DNA of 36,445 nucleotides, counting the filler, from an uncultured virus (IMG/VR IMGVR_UViG_2049941000_000903) (Duplodnaviria > Heunggongvirae > Uroviricota > Caudoviricetes). It is 2 parts of one record of this genome, joined end to end, with 100 filler letters (N's around TTAATTAATTAA, not from the genome) between each part and the next. Parts side by side here need not be neighbours in the genome. Positions count along the whole stretch, not along the records: positions 20,307 to 36,445 come from IMGVR_UViG_2049941000_000903; 1 more part is not named here. The stretch is one strand, 5' to 3'. The notes below the pieces were generated by a model. That model saw only the letters and a program-made list of their open reading frames with translations. It was not told the origin of the DNA and searched no databases. Both the position numbers and the translations under genes were made by a program. Below, one piece after another: positions 31,163 to 36,445 of the stretch. Position 1 is the first letter of the stretch. Each line of letters starts with the position of its first letter.

Positions 31163-31468
31163 CTAAATCATATCATCATTAAACTCAATCGGAGTCCATG
31201 GTCTGTACCCTTGGTCATATAGCGCCTTCATCCTCTTGAAGAGTTTCCTGTTAGCCACGAATCCATAACTGCGAAGGCTTGCTTTCCTGCTCCTGTTGGG
31301 GAGATACACTATTCCAAATGACTTCGGGCTTCCGTCATAGTGACCTTTGTCCCAATCTTTCTTGCCGTAACCTATGAACTTGTCACCACGGTACTGCGGT
31401 CTTCTCATTATCTCCGCTGCACACAATTGTCCGAGTCCTGCTGGCAAGTCAACTATTCCATCCTTACA
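31163..31468 (-). CDS. IHF/HU-like protein, C-terminal part
   Basis: Overlaps 33881..34183. Basic, with VDLPAGLGQL resembling the HU/IHF motif. Conserved crAss position. Confidence 0.55.
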   Translation of the reverse strand, partial: CKDGIVDLPAGLGQLCAAEIMRRPQYRGDKFIGYGKKDWDKGHYDGSPKSFGIVYLPNRSRKASLRSYGFVANRKLFKRMKALYDQGYRPWTPIEFNDDMI

Positions 31469-32134
31469 NNNNNNNNNNGTATTGGACTACACCATTTGCC
31501 CTTGTATTGCCGGAGTTATCCTTTGTTATGTCTGCTTTAACCCCAAAGCTGACAGCCCTGTTGGAATCAAAATACGTATTGTCCCAGTTAGCACGCTCTT
31601 CTTCATCAGCCATGAAGTTCATGAAGCGGAGGACGTGCTTGCCATCAACCCAGTATATCTTCTGTATATCTTCGGTTTCGTAGTATACAACAGACTCGAT
31701 AGGGTTTTCTACACTGAAACCAAGGTCGCCGTTGAAGATCCATCCACCAACCTTATTCCCCTTAAGGCCGAAGTTCCCAATCTCCTTGTCGTACTCCACC
31801 AGATACACATAGTCCTTCTGCGTCGCTGCGCTGAACTCGTCGTGTGTAAAGAGTATGATATGGTTGTTAAGGACATTCCAGCCTATAAGGTCGCCGAAGA
31901 TATTCATGTCCTTTCCGAGCNNNNNNNNNNNNNNNNNNNNNNNNNNNNNNNNNNNNNNNNNNNNNNNNNNNCGTTTCCCAGTCACAGGTCTCTATGGCTA
32001 ACTTGAGTGCATTCCACAGAAGGATGAAATGCTCGAATGCATCAGTAGGCTGACAAGGATTACCGCACCTGTCGAACATCGAAGCGATGTAACTCATGCC
32101 CCTGGAGTAGAACAGATGCCAGTCNNNNNNNNNN

Positions 32135-32317
32135 CTCGTTCTCATCTGACATAGGAGAGTACGTCTGGTTACGGGAGTTCCTGTACTTCCTGTCTATGAG
32201 AAGCGCACGCATCTTCGAAGCAAGGAAGATGATATGCTCCTCGGTATAGTAGGAATCATCCGTCCTTTCCTTCAAAATATCTAATACGCTATAGACTATT
32301 TGCCCAAATGTAGCCAT
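32135..32317 (-). CDS. Tail ring protein R2 (gp40 type), N-terminal part
   Basis: IVYSVLDILK..DDSYYTEEHIIFL. Continues at 34671..34916 and 34183..34497. Confidence 0.8.
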
Positions 32318-32318
32318 A

Positions 32319-32699
32319 CTATACTGTCCTTAAGTGTTCGTCCTGTGTTGACCTGTCTTTCTTCTCAATGCCAGGTCTTTCTGTATTGATGTCCTCTGTC
32401 CTGCGTATCTTAAGTTTGCCCATATAACCGTTGTCACCGAGAGTGACACGTTTGGCGCAGGCAACAGGATAAGGAAGAAGGCAACCTCCGTTGGTAAACG
32501 TCTGCTTCATAAGCCTGTCAAGCATTATGTATTCACCCTCGTCAAGAAACGGCATGGCGTAGTGCGCAAAGTCTATGGCAAAGAGATACACGAGGTATTT
32601 CCTTACCGTAGCAGACTTCACATAGCCAGTCTTGGTCAGGAGATAGAAATATCTCTTGAGCGCATCCAGGGCCTTGTTGCTGTCAATAAGTTCCAACAT
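32319..32699 (-). CDS. Tail hub protein B (gp39 type)
   Basis: RYF..L.KTGY, CLLPYP and R.TED....RST.D...R motifs, plus synteny. Confidence 0.75.
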   Translation of the reverse strand: MLELIDSNKALDALKRYFYLLTKTGYVKSATVRKYLVYLFAIDFAHYAMPFLDEGEYIMLDRLMKQTFTNGGCLLPYPVACAKRVTLGDNGYMGKLKIRRTEDINTERPGIEKKDRSTQDEHLRTV

Positions 32700-32832
32700 A
32701 TCCTACCTCCCGCATCCGCAGCCACCAGTACCNNNNNNNNNNTGACTTCACATAGCCTGTCTTGGTCAGGAGATAGAAATACCTCTTGAGCGCATCCAGA
32801 GCCTTGTTGCTATCAATAAGTTCCAACATATC

Positions 32833-33462
32833 CTACCTCCCGCATCCGCAGCCACCAGTACCGGTTATGGATACCGCACTGCTCTTTGTACCACGATCCA
32901 ACTTGAACATCTGCCACAAGTCCTTGACAGTTTCCCAGTCACAGGTCTCTATGGCTAACTTTAGTGCATTCCACAGAAGGATGAAATGCTCGAATGCATC
33001 AGTAGGCTGGCAAGGATTACCGCACCTGTCAAACATCGAAGCGATGTAACTCATGCCCCTGGAGTAGAACAGATGCCAGTCAAGGACGGCACCGATAGCA
33101 GCAGTGTCGTCTGCACCACAAGGAATCTTGCCGTCTATTGCATCAAGATTAAGATTACCGTCGCACTGTACGATGACATAGAACAATTCTCCTGCAAATG
33201 AATTGATATCCAGCTTGGCGAGAGAGAGGTCAGAACTCTCCAGCACTATCCTCTTGCTCTTGACGCGTGTATCGCTGTACTTATTCTCATACACAAGTGC
33301 TGCTTTCTCGCCGGGCATGCCCGCTATCGAAGCATTCTTGTAATGCTCCAGATATATGTTGTTTATATAAATGCCATCGTAGAGAGCGCTGTCCTCGATT
33401 TCGCAATCTATAATCAGCTTCTTCCCACCATCACAGATACGCAGTTCATTGAATGTGACCAT
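32833..33462 (-). CDS. Tail hub protein A (gp38 type)
   Basis: FNELRI...LIID, PCG.D and terminal CGC motifs. Allele pieces at 31972..32124 and 34927..35118. Confidence 0.8.
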   Translation of the reverse strand: MVTFNELRICDGGKKLIIDCEIEDSALYDGIYINNIYLEHYKNASIAGMPGEKAALVYENKYSDTRVKSKRIVLESSDLSLAKLDINSFAGELFYVIVQCDGNLNLDAIDGKIPCGADDTAAIGAVLDWHLFYSRGMSYIASMFDRCGNPCQPTDAFEHFILLWNALKLAIETCDWETVKDLWQMFKLDRGTKSSAVSITGTGGCGCGR

Positions 33463-33478
33463 AATATATTAGTTTGTT

Positions 33479-33486
33479 CAAATGTA
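33479..33486 (-). promoter_or_regulatory. Bacteroidota -7 element for tail genes
   Basis: TACATTTG on the minus strand, 16 nt upstream of the hub A ATG. No clear -33 box. Confidence 0.45.
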
Positions 33487-33491
33487 AATAT

Positions 33492-33525
33492 AAAAGGGGT
33501 CCAGATTATAGTCTAAACCCCTTTT
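33492..33525 (-). terminator. Rho-independent terminator after the transferase gene
   Basis: Minus-strand RNA AAAA-GGGGUUUAGA-cuauaa-UCUGGACCCC-UUUU. The G.U pairs fix the orientation. Confidence 0.85.
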
Positions 33526-33549
33526 GTTGCCGAACGCAAGTATATTACT

Positions 33550-33870
33550 TTAGATACCGTAGTAGTCTGAGAGCATCTTGTCAAGCTGCGGTATCCATCC
33601 TTCCACAGAGTTCTGTATCCAAATCTTCCCCTTGAACGCAGCTTCTATATAGCTTATCCTCGGGTTTGGACGGTACACGCCGCACTTGAGATTATCGTAG
33701 TCTATGTGCAGTTTGAACGGCACGCGCTTAGGATAGTATGTGTTGAAATACAGGTCCTCGAACACATACGAGTTATGGTCCATGTCGTACTTGTCAAGCA
33801 ATGCTTCGAGTTTCTTCCACTCTATCAACTGCGGAAGATGCGTCGTATAGTTCCTCTGCGGAAGCTTCTC
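33550..33870 (-). CDS. Stealth-like transferase, C-terminal part
   Basis: EKLPQRNYTTHLPQLI is shared with 27208..27680. Ends DYYGI*. Confidence 0.65.
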   Translation of the reverse strand, partial: EKLPQRNYTTHLPQLIEWKKLEALLDKYDMDHNSYVFEDLYFNTYYPKRVPFKLHIDYDNLKCGVYRPNPRISYIEAAFKGKIWIQNSVEGWIPQLDKMLSDYYGI

Positions 33871-33880
33871 NNNNNNNNNN

Positions 33881-34183
33881 CGACTTCGGGCTTCCGTCAT
33901 AGTGACCTTTGTCCCAATCTTTCTTGCCATAGCCTATGAACTTGTCACCACGGTACTGCGGCCTTCTCATTATCTCCGCCGCACACAATTGTCCGAGTCC
34001 TGCTGGCAAGTCAACTATTCCATCCTTACACAAACGTTCAGCAAGCGAGGCGCAGTACAATCTAACAACATTCTTATATTCACTGAACTCCAATGGCTTA
34101 CTTATCCGGCAACGCTTAACATAAAACCCATAACCACTTAAATACTCCGGATACCGCGCCTCGCCGCTAAACGCTAGTTTCAT
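33881..34183 (-). CDS. IHF/HU-like protein, N-terminal part (about 152 aa total)
   Basis: TGATG coupling to the R2 stop. Overlaps 31163..31468. Confidence 0.55.
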
Positions 34184-34916
34184 CAGCTATTCTTTGCTAC
34201 CGCCTCGGCGGGCATCTGCTGCTTGGCGTTAGTTACCGCTGCATCACCAAGCCCGTCCTTGGCATCATTGTTCTTGTCTTCCGGTGCGTATCTGGAACCA
34301 GTGAGTTCCTGTACCACCATCTCTATACACGAAGGGACAAGCGCCGCTTCGAGAGGGAATTTCATCTCGAGTATGTTGCACTTGTTCGCATTACCGTCAT
34401 CATCGCACGCAAGTTTCACAGCCTCCTGTGGGTCAGAGAATACACCACTGAGCTTTGCTTTCTTAAGGTACATGAACTGCGGATTGTTGCTGTTCAGNNN
34501 NNNNNNNTGTAACCATAGAGTGAATGACATCGCTTACTACGGACAGTTTGGGCTGCGTGTCACCAACTATGCTTGGTATTGTCTGAACACTCTCCAGCCA
34601 CTGACCATTGCACATCAGAGCGTCATTGTCAGACGGAACAAGGTCAAGACATATCTGCTGNNNNNNNNNNGTAAACCTTTCCGTTGTCGCTCTTTGCCGC
34701 GTATATGATGTTCCTGAGCCACTTGTTGTATCCGACATAAGGCATCCGCTCAACTGGTATGTACGTAACCATAGAGTGAATGACATCGCTTACTACTGAC
34801 AGTTTCGGCTGCGTATCACCAACTATGCTCGGTATTGTCTGAACACTCTCCAGCCACTGACCGTTACACATCAGAGCGTCATTGTCAGACGGAACAAGGT
34901 CAAGACATATCTGCTG
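34183..34916 (-). CDS. Tail ring protein R2, middle and C-terminal fragments
   Basis: ICLDL, RMPYVGYNKWLRNIIY, NPQF.YL and FPLEAALVP motifs. 34508..34660 is a duplicate allele. Confidence 0.8.
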
Positions 34917-35741
34917 NNNNNNNNNNCTCTCCCGCAAATGAGTTTATGTCCAACTTGGCAAGACGAATGTCAGAACTCTCAAGCACTATCCTTCTGCTCT
35001 TGACGCGTGTATCACCATACTTGTTCTCATCTATTAGTACGGCTTTCTCGCCAGGCATACCAGCCACAGAAGCATTCTTGTAATGCTCCAGATATATGTT
35101 GTTTATATAAATGCCATCNNNNNNNNNNCTCAAGCTTCTTCCATTCTATCAACTGCGGAAGATGCGTCGTATAGTTCCTCTGCGGAAGCTTCTCNNNNNN
35201 NNNNNNNNNNNNNNNNNNNNNNNNNNNNNNNNNNNNNNNNNNNNNNNNNNNNNNNNNNNNNNNNNNNNNNNNNNNNNNNNNNNNNNNNNNNNNNNNNNNN
35301 NNNNNNNNNNNNNNNNNNNNNNNNNNNNNNNNNNNNNNNNNNNNNNNNNNNNNNNNNNNNNNNNNNNNNNNNNNNNNNNNNNNNNNNNNNNNNNNNNNNN
35401 NNNNNNNNNNNNNNNNNNNNNNNNNNNNNNNNNNNNNNNNNNNNNNNNNNNNNNNNNNNNNNNNNNNNNNNNNNNNNNNNNNNNNNNNNNNNNNNNNNNN
35501 NNNNNNNNNNNNNNNNNNNNNNNNNNNNNNNNNNNNNNNNNNNNNNNNNNNNNNNNNNNNNNNNNNNNNNNNNNNNNNNNNNNNNNNNNNNNNNNNNNNN
35601 NNNNNNNNNNNNNNNNNNNNNNNNNNNNNNNNNNNNNNNNNNNNNNNNNNNNNNNNNNNNNNNNNNNNNNNNNNNNNNNNNNNNNNNNNNNNNNNNNNNN
35701 NNNNNNNNNNNNNNNNNNNNNNNNNNNNNNNNNNNNNNNNN

Positions 35742-36104
35742 AACGATAGAAGCAGTCACCATGAATCCGGCGGCGGGATCATACGACATGAACTCGCTGC
35801 AGAAGACATTCAGGTTGATGCTCTTACCTACGAGATTGGCGAGAGTGACAGAGGAGTCCACTGTAATGGTATGGGCAACAAGGGGCCTGTCCATATCAGC
35901 GGCCTCCGTCTTGCGAAGACTAACAATGTTCTTGGGGTCGAACACGTCAGTAGCCACAAGCAGTCCGTCAGCATTGACGTAGTTGAAGAAAGCCTTACCA
36001 TTGGCAGTAGTCTTGAGGTAGATGTCACCAACCGTATCAAGGGAACTGTCAACAGCCTTCGCTACATAAAGCTGACGAGTCTGATAAGTATTGAAATTTG
36101 CCAT
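35742..36104 (-). CDS. Auxiliary capsid protein, N-terminal part
   Basis: QTRQLYVAKA motif. Directly follows the ring-protein stop via the same spacer seen at 26270..26295. Confidence 0.85.
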
Positions 36105-36133
36105 ATCTTTATATGTTTTATTGTTTGATTAAA

Positions 36134-36445
36134 CTATAGCGTCCAGGCTGCTTTTGCCGCGCGTACAGCGCCCATGAGGATTGCCTGATGCAATGCTTCC
36201 GGCATGGTACAGGTAGATACCGCTGTCTGTCCGTTAATGGACTTGCCTTCCGCCGAAAGGTCAACAAGGATAATCGGGTCAGGTCTCTTTATGTATCTTA
36301 CGATATAGGACTTTACCGGATACTTGCTGATGATTTCGGAGTACTGCTGGGTATATGCCTTACCGCCGAATGCATCGGACTCTCCGAAAGAAAGTCTGAG
36401 AACCTTGCTCTCGTTTGGTCCCTTGAAGGGATTACGGTTGGTTCT
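36134..36445 (-). CDS. Second allele of the 25574..26269 ring protein, 3' part
   Basis: Reverse complement of about 25958..26269 with synonymous changes. Confidence 0.85.
   Translation of the reverse strand, partial: RTNRNPFKGPNESKVLRLSFGESDAFGGKAYTQQYSEIISKYPVKSYIVRYIKRPDPIILVDLSAEGKSINGQTAVSTCTMPEALHQAILMGAVRAAKAAWTL

Noticed and set aside
1..36445. CRISPR arrays, tRNAs, integrase, DGR, portal or terminase
   Set aside because: No regularly spaced repeats, cloverleafs or diagnostic motifs were seen. Variant copies do not show adenine-specific changes.

Overview
Late (virion and lysis) region of a crAss-like phage (Crassvirales), most similar to the phiCrAss001/Steigviridae type, with a Bacteroidota host. 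The window is not a clean genome: it is a gapped scaffold of short contigs from at least two closely related haplotypes, many duplicated, out of order or inverted, so many ORF-track entries are chimeras across N runs. Joining the fragments by their overlaps gives one co-directional operon: 2-TM protein, (head-fibre-like gene), VanZ/YfiM-like membrane protein, holin, M15 endolysin, spanin-like protein, (head-fibre-like gene), scaffold, major capsid protein, gp33-like protein, one ring protein, auxiliary capsid protein, Stealth-like transferase, tail hubs A and B, ring R2, IHF-like protein, ring R1, muzzle, cargo C1 split into two genes, cargo C2 and the start of a giant cargo protein. An unlinked four-gene module ending in a HEXXH peptidase is also present. 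The best leads are a candidate single-gene spanin with an outer-membrane beta-strand anchor, a probable group I intron start in one endolysin allele, haplotype-specific head-fibre cassettes, and a split C1 carrying GG motifs and TonB-box-like repeats. Homology calls rest on recalled phiCrAss001 sequences and gene order, not on database searches.
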